41,506 bases of DNA from Candidatus Kaiserbacteria bacterium (GTDB lineage: Bacteria; Patescibacteriota; Minisyncoccia; Phycocordibacterales; Phycocordibacteraceae). Positions 8,776-17,888 of the stretch are shown piece after piece (position 1 is the stretch's first letter; every line of letters begins with the position of its first letter). The DNA lies in NCBI GenBank assembly GCA_027451665.1, contig DAIDIW010000009.1, forward strand, positions 1 through 41,506, read 5' to 3'. The notes under the pieces were generated by a model, which saw only the letters and a list, made by a program, of their open reading frames with translations, ran no database searches and had not been told where the DNA came from. Made by a program: the position numbers and the translations under genes.

Positions 8776-8976
8776 TGTAACCCCATAGTTCGGTGCATCC
8801 TCTTCCGCGTTAATTTGCCCGGGGGAATGCTGTCTTTTTCTCCTGTTGTGGGCGGAAAGGGGCAGTCGGGTCCATAACAGGACTTCCCTCGGGAGGACAC
8901 CGCTATGGGGTTACAGCCCGGCTGTCCCTTTTCTCTTTTTAGGAACCGTCGCGGCATAGAGCTGTAACCCTATGCC
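8776..8976 (+). ncRNA. Putative structured RNA / 5' leader of unknown class
   Basis: Nested stems 8776-8802:8893-8915, 8819-8827:8884-8892 and 8841-8853:8870-8882; loop 8854-8869 complementary to 8918-8933; non-WC pairs are G-U on the + strand. Confidence 0.6.
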
Positions 8977-11900
8977 TCAACAAAAAACCGCCTCTTCGGC
9001 GGTACAAACATACTTCACTGATCTAGCGGATAAATTCGTAACGGGTCAAGCGCGCGAGCACGCGTACCGTCCGGTATTCGAAGCGCTCATCAAGTCGCTT
9101 GAACCGTCGCTCAAGATTTTAAATGATCCTTCGCGTAGCGAACACGGTAATCCCGATTTCGTATTCCTGCGCGGCAGCATCACGGTTGGCTATACCGAGA
9201 CGAAGGATATAGGTGTTGATTTAGATAAAACAGAGAAGAGCGATCAGCTTGAGCGCTATCTCGGATACTCCAACCTCATACTCACCGACTATCTCGAATT
9301 CCGTTTCTTCCGGAACGGTCAGCGATACGGCGAAGCGATACGTATTGGAGCGCCCATAAACGGAACGCTTTCTGCCAAGCAGGAATCATTTGATGAATTA
9401 GAGGACGCGCTGATTGCTTTCCTCTCAGGCACGCCGGAGAAGATAAAGAGCGGCAGACGGCTTGCTGAAATCATGGGCGGCAAGGGTCGGCGTATTCGAG
9501 ATAACGTCCGGCATTTCCTCAGCGAAGAAGCCGATCGAAACAAGGAACTGCTTCGGGTATACGACACTATCAAACGCTTGCTCGTCCACGACCTCACCAC
9601 CGACGCGTTTGCCGACATGTATGCGCAGACGCTCGTATACGGGCTCTTCGTCGCCCGGTACCACGCGAAGTCCGGTACGTCATTCACACGCCAAGAAGCA
9701 CGCGATCTTATCCCGGCGTCCAATCCTTTCCTTCGGCATTTCTTCGATCATATTGCCGGAGCGGATTTCGACAAGCGGCTCGGCTATATCGTCGACGAAC
9801 TCTGCGAAGTGTTTTCGCTCGCCGATGTGCATGAACTTATGGCAGAATATTATACACAGACGCGTTCTATAACTGGGAAGGCGCGGATCGTAAAAAGTGA
9901 AGCACCTGTTGCTTCAGAGGTTTCTTCCTTTAGAAAAGAGGAAGGTGAACAAAAAATTGAAAGCTCTACAGCAACCCACGACCCCGTCATCCATTTCTAT
10001 GAAGACTTCCTCAGGGAATACGATGCCGAGCAGCGCAAGAAACTCGGCGCGTTTTATACGCCCCTTCCGGTCGTTCGCTTCATCATCCGTGCCGTCGACC
10101 ACCTGCTCGAGAAGGAATTTGACCTCCCCAAGGGCCTGGCTGATACCGCAAAGATAACGGTGGAGCGAGTGCGATCAGGCAAGAAAGGAAAGACCGATAT
10201 CCATCGCGTTCAGATTCTCGACCCCGCTACCGGCACCGGCACCTTCCTCAATGAGACCGTTCGCTCTATCGCCGCACGCTTCGAGAATCAGGCAGGCCGC
10301 TGGAGCGCGTACGTCGACAGTGATCTCTTGCCGCGCCTCCACGGCTTCGAGCTCATGATGGCTCCGTATACCATCGCGCATCTCAAGCTCGGCATGACGC
10401 TTCAGGAAACCGGATACTCCTCCTTTGACCGCCGCCTTGGTATCTACCTCACGAACTCGCTCGAAGAAGCCGAGTCGTACGACGATACGCTCTTCGCCGG
10501 ATTTGGCCTCTCACAGAGCATCGCCGAGGAGGCGCGTGAAGCGGGCATCATCAAACGCGAGACGCCGATCATGGTCATCATAGGAAATCCACCGTACTCG
10601 GTGAGTTCGTCGAATAAGGGTGAGTGGATACAGAACCTTATCAAGCCGTACAAAGAAGGCCTCGGGGAACGCAAGATTAACCTCGACGACGACTACATAA
10701 AATTCATCCGCTACGCCGAGCACTTCATCGAAAAGAACGGCTCGGGCATCGTCGCGATGATCACCAATAACTCCTATATCGACGGCATCACGCACCGGCA
10801 GATGCGCAAGCACCTCCTCGAAACTTTCGACTCCATCTATGTCCTCGACCTCCACGGCAACTCGAAGAAAAAAGAGAAAGCCCCGGACGGCGGCAAGGAC
10901 GAGAATGTGTTCGACATTCAGCAGGGCGTCGCCATCTCTGTCTTCGTGCGAACGAGCCAGAAAAAGAAAGGCCTCGGTACCGTCTATCACTCGGAACTAT
11001 GGGGCAAGCGCGAACAGAAATTTGCGGCGCTCAATGCGGCGATGATTGAGAGTACGCACTGGCAGAAACTTGATTGCCCAGCGCCTAACCATTTTTTCGT
11101 GCCGAAGGATTTCGGAGCCGAGGGAGAATATCGAGAAGGGTTCAGTGTGGCCGAGCTATTCACCCACTATAACTCTGGTATACAAACGAAACGAGATGAC
11201 ACTACCATTCAATTTACTGAACAGTCGATACGGCAAGTCTCCGAGGATTTCCAGAATTTCACGAGCGCCGAGTTAACGGAAAAGTATTCTCTGCCGCCTG
11301 ATGGGCGTGATTGGCAGGTGGCATGGGCGCAAGAAGATATCAAGAAGGGGTTCCATGCAGAGCCGATACAGTATCGTCCCTTTGATACTCGATTCACGGC
11401 CTATACTGGCAGGTCGAAAGGGTTCGTCGCCTATCCCCGTGAACAGACCAACAAGCACGTAGTGGGGCGGGACAACATCTCTCTGCTTACGAGCCGGATG
11501 ATTCCTCCTAACCAGAGCTTCGACCGGGTGCTCGCGACGAGACACATTTCCGACATCCATGCCGCTAGCGACCAGACCTACGTCTTTCCGCTCTATCTAT
11601 ACGCCGATGACGGCTCACGCGTCCCGAACTTGAATAAGGAAATCGTCGCAAAGATTGCCACCGCCATCGGGAAAGAGCCGACTCCGCAAGAGATTTTTGA
11701 CTATATCTACGCCATCCTCCACTCACCTTCATATCGCGAAAAGTACAAGGAGTTTTTGAAGATCGATTTCCCACGTGTGCCATATCCGACAAGCGCGGAT
11801 CAATTTACAGCACTCTCGGAGAAAGGCGCGGAACTGCGTACCCTGCACCTTCTCGAATCACTCAAGGTAAACGATTTCATCACTACGTATCCGGTACCCG

Positions 11901-12142
11901 GCTCGAACCTTGTCGAGGCCGTTTCGTACAAAAATGGAAACGTATATATCAATGCGACTCAATACTTTGGCGATGTGCCAGAAGCGGCGTGGAATGCTCA
12001 TGTCGGCGGCTACCTTCCCGCGCAAAAGTGGCTCAAGGATCGCAAGGGTCGCGTCCTCTCCAACGACGATATTGAACACTATCAGAAAATGGTAGCCGCC
12101 CTCGCGGAGACAGCGCGGGTCATGGGAGAAATTAATAATTGA
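8972..12142 (+). CDS. Single-chain Type IIG-like restriction-modification enzyme (nuclease + m6A MTase + Type ISP-like specificity domain)
   Basis: N-terminal PD..ETK nuclease motif, GAFYTP, LDPATGTGTF, IGNPPY, YRPFD, YIYAILHSPSYREKY..LKIDFPRVP; no helicase domain. Confidence 0.9.
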   Translation: MPQQKTASSAVQTYFTDLADKFVTGQAREHAYRPVFEALIKSLEPSLKILNDPSRSEHGNPDFVFLRGSITVGYTETKDIGVDLDKTEKSDQLERYLGYSNLILTDYLEFRFFRNGQRYGEAIRIGAPINGTLSAKQESFDELEDALIAFLSGTPEKIKSGRRLAEIMGGKGRRIRDNVRHFLSEEADRNKELLRVYDTIKRLLVHDLTTDAFADMYAQTLVYGLFVARYHAKSGTSFTRQEARDLIPASNPFLRHFFDHIAGADFDKRLGYIVDELCEVFSLADVHELMAEYYTQTRSITGKARIVKSEAPVASEVSSFRKEEGEQKIESSTATHDPVIHFYEDFLREYDAEQRKKLGAFYTPLPVVRFIIRAVDHLLEKEFDLPKGLADTAKITVERVRSGKKGKTDIHRVQILDPATGTGTFLNETVRSIAARFENQAGRWSAYVDSDLLPRLHGFELMMAPYTIAHLKLGMTLQETGYSSFDRRLGIYLTNSLEEAESYDDTLFAGFGLSQSIAEEAREAGIIKRETPIMVIIGNPPYSVSSSNKGEWIQNLIKPYKEGLGERKINLDDDYIKFIRYAEHFIEKNGSGIVAMITNNSYIDGITHRQMRKHLLETFDSIYVLDLHGNSKKKEKAPDGGKDENVFDIQQGVAISVFVRTSQKKKGLGTVYHSELWGKREQKFAALNAAMIESTHWQKLDCPAPNHFFVPKDFGAEGEYREGFSVAELFTHYNSGIQTKRDDTTIQFTEQSIRQVSEDFQNFTSAELTEKYSLPPDGRDWQVAWAQEDIKKGFHAEPIQYRPFDTRFTAYTGRSKGFVAYPREQTNKHVVGRDNISLLTSRMIPPNQSFDRVLATRHISDIHAASDQTYVFPLYLYADDGSRVPNLNKEIVAKIATAIGKEPTPQEIFDYIYAILHSPSYREKYKEFLKIDFPRVPYPTSADQFTALSEKGAELRTLHLLESLKVNDFITTYPVPGSNLVEAVSYKNGNVYINATQYFGDVPEAAWNAHVGGYLPAQKWLKDRKGRVLSNDDIEHYQKMVAALAETARVMGEINN

Positions 12143-12152
12143 GAAATAATCT

Positions 12153-12446
12153 ATGAATTTTCTAACGGTAAAAAAGAGTTCCGGTTCACAATCGCCAGAA
12201 AAGAAGAAAGAAATTCGCGAGACCAAATGCACCTGCCAGGCTTGCGGCAACGTGTGGTTTTACGGCAAGCAAGATCAGCTCAAAAGCGCCGGGGACGCCA
12301 TGAGCAACTGTGGCAAATCGATGATGTGTTGCAGCGGTTGTGCCCCGGCGATTTTTATCCCGAACAAGCAGGTGATCGATCTGAATAAATGTCCAAAGTG
12401 TGGATCAAAAGCGGTACAGAAAGAAATTGTCACTCACTATGTCTAG
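12153..12446 (+). CDS. Small Cys-rich zinc-ribbon protein
   Basis: CQACG...CCSGC...CPKCGS; 10 nt downstream of the RM gene. Confidence 0.7.
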   Translation: MNFLTVKKSSGSQSPEKKKEIRETKCTCQACGNVWFYGKQDQLKSAGDAMSNCGKSMMCCSGCAPAIFIPNKQVIDLNKCPKCGSKAVQKEIVTHYV

Positions 12447-12713
12447 CGCTTCTGTATTTCTTATTCGCATCTATCAGAAAACGCTCTCGCCATTGCTGTA
12501 TCGATATGGCGTGCGTTGTCGATTTTACCCATCCTGTTCCGCCTACGCCATTCTCGCATTTTAGGACTACGGATTTATTGGTGGTTTCTCAAAGACATAT
12601 CATCGTTTACTGCGTTGCCGCCCGGACAATTTTGAAAGCTGTATAGATTTCCCCTCAGCCCATTAATGGATAATTAGGGCTCTGTTCTTTTCTTGATTCG
12701 GATAGTGTCGCGA

Positions 12714-13986
12714 GCGGGCACATCGGTTCAATGTGCCCGGGCCGTGAGTCAGCGACTCACCACAACTCCGTATGAAAACAACCACCGTATTGACCCACGA
12801 AGAATACCAAGCGCGCCTAAAATCCGTTACCACCCCCGAAGAAGCTGCCGCCTTCGCTCAAGAGCTGCTCGCTCCCATGATTGCAGGTCTGTCGCATGCT
12901 CCAGAACCAGAGGCAGTACCGGCGATCGAGGAGAAACCCCATACCAACCAGGGTCGCCGACCAACCGTCCCAGAACTCGCGAGCAGACAGAATCCGGTAG
13001 CGAGTCCGTGGTATGAAGTCACGTCGAACGACAACGAGGCGATGGTTATCTCCTTGTATGCGAAAGGCCTCACCACTCGTGACATCTCCAGCTACATGAA
13101 AATCCATCAGAACATGGATTTGTCGCAGCCGGGCGTGTCGACGATCACCGACAAGGTATTCCCGCTCGTCAAAGAATGGCAGAGCCGACCGCTCTCGTCC
13201 TGCTATCCCGTCATGTATCTCGACGGCCTGCACTTCAAGGTGCGCGATGGCGGCAAGATCGTGTCGAAGGTCGCATACATCGCGCTCGGCATAAACCAGT
13301 ACGGCATGAAGGAAGTCATGGGGATCTGGATCAGCGACAGCGAGTCGGCGAAATTCTGGATGGGCGTCATGAACGACATGAAGAATCGAGGTGTCGATGA
13401 CATATTCATCATGTGCGTCGATGGTCTCAAAGGATTCCCCGAGGCGATCAAGGCGATATACCCGCAAGCTGATGTGCAGGTATGCGTCGTGCACATGATC
13501 CGTCACACGGTCATGTTCATTCCGCACAAGGACCGCGAAGCGTTCTGCAAAGACTTGCAGAAGGTGTATACGGCCCCATCCGAAGAGGCTGGGAGAGAAG
13601 CACTGCATGAAGTCGGTGAGCGATGGAGCCAGTACAAGGCATATCTCAAGAATTGGGAGAACCGCTGGGAAGACATCGCACCGTTCTTCAGCTATCCGGA
13701 TGCAATCCGCCGCGTGATATACACCACCAACGCGATCGAGAATCTCAACCGTCAGTTCAGGAAAGTCACCAAGACGACCACCGTGTTTCCGCATGATGAG
13801 TCGCTGATGAAACTCCTATGGCTCGCTCAGGCCGACATTACCCAGGGCAAGACGCTCGCCGTCCGCAACTGGAACGAGATCATGGCGCAGCTGTCGATCG
13901 TGTTTCCGGATCGCGTGCAGTTCTAACCCTTAACAACAGCAATTAATAATCGCTGGCTCATGGCCGGAGATCTGAACCGTGCCCGC
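12714..13986 (+). mobile_element. IS256-family element with imperfect ~40-bp terminal inverted repeats
   Basis: 12714-12755 gcgggcac..ggttca..ggccgtgagtcagcga versus reverse complement of 13950-13986 gcgggcacggttca..ggccatgagccagcga; no clear target duplication. Confidence 0.6.
12772..13926 (+). CDS. IS256 (Mutator-type DDE) transposase
   Basis: SLYAKGLTTRDI, WQSRPL, YLDG, VDGLKGF, QVCVVH, IYTTNAIE. Confidence 0.93.
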   Translation: MKTTTVLTHEEYQARLKSVTTPEEAAAFAQELLAPMIAGLSHAPEPEAVPAIEEKPHTNQGRRPTVPELASRQNPVASPWYEVTSNDNEAMVISLYAKGLTTRDISSYMKIHQNMDLSQPGVSTITDKVFPLVKEWQSRPLSSCYPVMYLDGLHFKVRDGGKIVSKVAYIALGINQYGMKEVMGIWISDSESAKFWMGVMNDMKNRGVDDIFIMCVDGLKGFPEAIKAIYPQADVQVCVVHMIRHTVMFIPHKDREAFCKDLQKVYTAPSEEAGREALHEVGERWSQYKAYLKNWENRWEDIAPFFSYPDAIRRVIYTTNAIENLNRQFRKVTKTTTVFPHDESLMKLLWLAQADITQGKTLAVRNWNEIMAQLSIVFPDRVQF

Positions 13987-14015
13987 AGAAACCGCGCGTT
14001 ATGCGCGGTTTCTGC
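13985..14015. terminator. Strong hairpin after the transposase
   Basis: gcagaaaccgcgc-gttat-gcgcggtttctgc, perfect 13-bp stem. Confidence 0.6.
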
Positions 14016-14094
14016 TGTATAGCAACAAGAAGCGCTACAGGACATCCGGCGACGTTCGCTTCGGATACGAATCGGTGCTAGATTTCAGAGCGCT

Positions 14095-14817
14095 ATGACT
14101 GCATCACGCGCCGCTCGAACAAAATTAAAAACAGGCGGGTTCATGACGAACCCCATCTATGTGCAGGTGATTTATCCTCTTCTCCTCTGGCTCGCGCGCC
14201 AGAGAGATTCGGTTACCGATCGAACCGAACGCATGAGTATAAACGGCGGAATCATACTCTACAGCGCGATATTCCTCGAGGGTTTTCTCGAAGATGTTCT
14301 TTGCACGTTTATCCCGCACTACTCTGACGGCGCTGGCGGGAAAACAGCAGCGTTAACGGACATCGAACGGGCAAGTTCCCTTGACGGTTACAAGCTCCTT
14401 TTCAAAGGATTCGGTTTGCACATGCGAGATTTTTTAAATGGTAGGGAGCAGGAGGACCTCGACTTCATTTTCCGCTATCGCAATTTGCTCGCACACGGAC
14501 AGCGCGATTCGTATATCCTCCTCCATGAGGCGGATTTTGTCCCGAAAGGAATCGCTGGGAGCGTGTACGCGGATATTGAGAAATTCCTCGTCAAGAGAAA
14601 AGTGCTGACGAAGACGGGCTCCGTTCAACCAAATCATTCTGAACTTTTTTCGGATCCGGTGGCTGATTGGGTATTCGCGAGGTCGAAGGTAATTTCCGTC
14701 AAAATAGCGAGAGCTTTGGAACAGCGGCTCCCAGACTACCAGATGTCTCAGCGGATGAATGTACTCCGACTTACACAACTCATGCAGGTTGTCGATGCTC
14801 GTGCTTCGCAAAGCTGA
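14095..14817 (+). CDS. Hypothetical protein, probable HEPN domain
   Basis: Helical protein with LYSAIFLEGFL and the Rx4H motif RNLLAH. Confidence 0.6.
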   Translation: MTASRAARTKLKTGGFMTNPIYVQVIYPLLLWLARQRDSVTDRTERMSINGGIILYSAIFLEGFLEDVLCTFIPHYSDGAGGKTAALTDIERASSLDGYKLLFKGFGLHMRDFLNGREQEDLDFIFRYRNLLAHGQRDSYILLHEADFVPKGIAGSVYADIEKFLVKRKVLTKTGSVQPNHSELFSDPVADWVFARSKVISVKIARALEQRLPDYQMSQRMNVLRLTQLMQVVDARASQS

Positions 14818-14849
14818 GATTCTAAGTGTGTAATTCCACAGAGCTGCTT

Positions 14850-16724
14850 TCAGCGTTCGAGATACCTGCTTGCTGCTCCACCGAGCATCCCGCCGATTGA
14901 TCCTCCTCCACTCGACCTTCCGGAATGTCCGCCGGAGTCCGAGTCGTATGAACGCTCGGAACTGCCTCCAAAGAGCTGGTCGACCGCGTTGCCCCTTCCC
15001 GCAGTGCCGCTTGACCGAGTGGCATCACTCGGGTCGTTATCGCTTCTGCGGCCCATGCTCTCAAACGAATCGAGGGTCGAGTAGCGACGCTGGCGCGGTT
15101 CCGGATCGGGTTCAGGCTCGACGTGCTCCTCCCGTTCATCTTGCCACCATGGACGGCGCGGTGAATCATCGCAAAGCTTGGGAGCTGAGTAGTTGAAGGG
15201 GAGGAGTCCGCCTGCGGGCACATACGCTGGGCGGCCGCTGTCGATGAACATGCTCCCATTCTTCTTCACCCAATTCAGCCAGCCACGGAACGAGTTTCCT
15301 TCCTGGTGATTCTCGAGAATAGCGGTCACGAGCATGGTGAGCGCGTCGACGAGGTCGTCATGGCGTTCCTTCCCGAAGCCGATCAGTTCGGTGATGAGCT
15401 CTCGGGAGCGGTTGGGGAACTGGATGGTCCCGTCCTTGATGAACTTCGTGATGAGTGCGAGACGCGTGCGCTTGTCGTGCATCGTTTTAATCGACTCAAC
15501 TTGCGTGTATCCGTCCTGGAACATGACTTGATAGAAGGCCTCTTGGAATCCGTTCGTCTCGATGAACATCTTGGTTTTCTCTTTCTCGCCGTGCATATCG
15601 AGTACGCCCTTCATTCTCTCGATCGCTTGCGGGAAATTGAAGTGCTGGTTGATGGGGTCGGGCAGGATGTATATCTTGAGCTGTCCATCCTTCTCGTACA
15701 CTTGCGCCGAGACGATGGCGGTACAGTCGGCCGCCTCGTTCTGAGAAATGGCGAGGTCGACCGCAGACCAGGTATAGAGATAGTCGTCGTCTTTGGGCGG
15801 CAGATCGTTCAGATTGTACTGATGGATCCACGAGAGCGGTACGAGCTTGTCGTCGCTCGATATGAGCGTCAGCAGATATTCACGCGCCCATGTCGCGTCG
15901 TCGCCAACCTTGCGGCGCTTCGCTTCGAGCGACGCCGCGTCCGGATACATGCCGGGCCAGAGGCAGGTACCGTACTCGTCAACGAGGGGATATCGTCGTG
16001 CGACACCGTCCCGCTCTTTCGCCTCTATTTGCGTCATGAGCCGCGCGACAAGCGAGAACTCATGCAGGAAGTTTCCCAGCACAAAAATGCGAGTATGTTT
16101 GCTGCCGAGCGGAATGATCTCCGAAACGAACCAGTTGAATATCCGCTCGCGTGATTCCTGTGTTTTCGTGGACGAGAGATCCTCGATGTCATCGCAGACA
16201 ATAAGATCGGGACGATAGTGCTTGTAGAGGAGGCCGCGCACTGCCGTCTCGGTCGAGACGGCGATGATGCGGGCGTCCAATTTCTTGGATGTCATAGCGT
16301 ATGCGCCCCATTCGTCGCTCTCTTCTTCTATCTCGCCAAAGTCGTTCCGCAAAAGTGGATTGCTCTCAAGATGGCGTTTGATGTTCGCAAGATGCGCTCG
16401 CGCCTGCGGGCGCGTCTGGCTCACAATCACGATGAAGTGCGCCTGTCCGGAGAGCATGGCCCACAAGGGAAATGAGATGGTGCAGATGCTCGTCTTGCCC
16501 GATTCGCGGAATCCGGCGATGATGCACAGCTCGACACTCTTGTCCTCCGTGAGCTTGAATATCTCGCGCTGGAATGGGGCCATCGGCACCGCTAATTCAA
16601 GCGGACGCGGCAGATATATAGCATTGAACAGGGGATGGCTCCACTGAGCCACCTTACGGCGGAGCGTCCGATTGTACCGAATCGCATTCACGAAGAAACC
16701 CAGCTTATCAGTGTTAATTTTCAT
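14850..16724 (-). CDS. Phage terminase large subunit-like protein
   Basis: FRESGKT Walker A, RG...RPDLIVCDDIE Walker B, RNase H-like nuclease AVDLA...IETNGFQ...HDDLVDAL; low-complexity C-terminal tail. Confidence 0.88.
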   Translation of the reverse strand: MKINTDKLGFFVNAIRYNRTLRRKVAQWSHPLFNAIYLPRPLELAVPMAPFQREIFKLTEDKSVELCIIAGFRESGKTSICTISFPLWAMLSGQAHFIVIVSQTRPQARAHLANIKRHLESNPLLRNDFGEIEEESDEWGAYAMTSKKLDARIIAVSTETAVRGLLYKHYRPDLIVCDDIEDLSSTKTQESRERIFNWFVSEIIPLGSKHTRIFVLGNFLHEFSLVARLMTQIEAKERDGVARRYPLVDEYGTCLWPGMYPDAASLEAKRRKVGDDATWAREYLLTLISSDDKLVPLSWIHQYNLNDLPPKDDDYLYTWSAVDLAISQNEAADCTAIVSAQVYEKDGQLKIYILPDPINQHFNFPQAIERMKGVLDMHGEKEKTKMFIETNGFQEAFYQVMFQDGYTQVESIKTMHDKRTRLALITKFIKDGTIQFPNRSRELITELIGFGKERHDDLVDALTMLVTAILENHQEGNSFRGWLNWVKKNGSMFIDSGRPAYVPAGGLLPFNYSAPKLCDDSPRRPWWQDEREEHVEPEPDPEPRQRRYSTLDSFESMGRRSDNDPSDATRSSGTAGRGNAVDQLFGGSSERSYDSDSGGHSGRSSGGGSIGGMLGGAASRYLER

Positions 16725-17133
16725 GGTTGGGTTCGTTAGGATCGATTAATTCCTCATGGGAGAACCCCATGAGCTTCAGAGCTTCGTGGAGCATCTCCGT
16801 TTCTTCATCGCTCAGCGCTTCGCGTACGTGTTTCAACTGTCCCGAGATCTCCAGTTTTGGTTTGTAGTCCTGGTGATGATGCTTGAGCCACGTGATAATC
16901 GCGGTGATATTGCCTTCTTTGATCGATACGATGAGTTGGCTTTCGGCGACGTCTGACACGAGCTGCTTTCCGGCTTCGAGCGCATCGTCGGCAAGCCGCG
17001 CAAATTCCGGATCCTCCCGCCGCCAGAAGTAATAGGTGGAGCGGCCGACTCCCGTCTTCTGGCATGCGCTCTCAATGATAGGCGCTTTCTGCAGTTGCTC
17101 GAGGAGCAAAATCTTGTTCGGTTCCATGGTCAT
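16714..17133 (-). CDS. Terminase small subunit-like HTH protein (phBC6A51-like)
   Basis: IESACQKTGVGRSTYYFWRREDPEF HTH; overlaps the TerL start. Confidence 0.75.
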   Translation of the reverse strand: MTMEPNKILLLEQLQKAPIIESACQKTGVGRSTYYFWRREDPEFARLADDALEAGKQLVSDVAESQLIVSIKEGNITAIITWLKHHHQDYKPKLEISGQLKHVREALSDEETEMLHEALKLMGFSHEELIDPNEPNHEN

Positions 17134-17888
17134 ATACGTATCGCTTTAATGCCTGTCAATCGCTCGAAGTCTTGAATCGTCGCTGCCACATACTCGGGAT
17201 CGATTTCGATGCCTATGCACACGCGCTTAGTCTGGTGGCATGCATGGAGGCAGGTGCCCGATCCGAGGAAGCCGTCGTATACCACATCACCCATGCGCGT
17301 CGCGTTCAGCACAAGGTGGCGGATAAGGGCGACGGGTTTCGTCGTCGGATGCCGCGGGCTTCGACTCGGCCTCGGATATACGATGACACTCTTATCTTTT
17401 GCTTTCACGAATTCATGCGTCCCGAACCATCCGTATGCGATGAGTTCGTGTTGAGGCGCATAGTCGAGACGGCCGATGACGGCACTCGTTTTCACCCAGA
17501 TGAGGAGTTGGCCGAATTTGAGACCGGCCGCGAGCATGCCCTCATGCAAGGCAAAGATCATCTTATCGGCGTTGAAAATATGGAACGTGTTCTTGCGAGC
17601 GAGGTGGGGTGTGACCGCATCCAACCATTCGCGCGTGAAGGTCGCATACTCTGCATCGCTTTGCAGATGGTCGCCCACAATCGGTTTGTTCTTAAGAAGC
17701 GTCTTGAATCCCTGCTTGCTTTCTGTGACTGCGACGCCAAATGGCGGATCAACAATCACCGCTTTGATCGTGCGGTCGCCGACTACACGCGTGACGAACT
17801 CTTTGTCGCGGCTGTCGCCACACGCGAGCACATGCTCCCCGAGACGGAAACAGTCGCCCGGCCTAATTGAGTTTGGTAACCTTTTCAT
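17130..17888 (-). CDS. N4/N6 DNA methyltransferase (beta class)
   Basis: LACGDS, VDPPF, HPTTKPV, DGFLGSGT, GIEIDPEY. Confidence 0.9.
   Translation of the reverse strand: MKRLPNSIRPGDCFRLGEHVLACGDSRDKEFVTRVVGDRTIKAVIVDPPFGVAVTESKQGFKTLLKNKPIVGDHLQSDAEYATFTREWLDAVTPHLARKNTFHIFNADKMIFALHEGMLAAGLKFGQLLIWVKTSAVIGRLDYAPQHELIAYGWFGTHEFVKAKDKSVIVYPRPSRSPRHPTTKPVALIRHLVLNATRMGDVVYDGFLGSGTCLHACHQTKRVCIGIEIDPEYVAATIQDFERLTGIKAIRI

Noticed and set aside
8845-8870. gcggaaaggggcag resembling SRP RNA helix 8; overall rod resembling 6S RNA or an integron attC
   Set aside because: Lacks the SRP CAGG partner strand, the symmetric 6S central bubble and the RYYYAAC/GTTRRRY boxes; no integron integrase present.
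12447-12713. Possible small ORFs between the zinc-ribbon gene and IS256
   Set aside because: No motif, start signal or codon pattern supports them.
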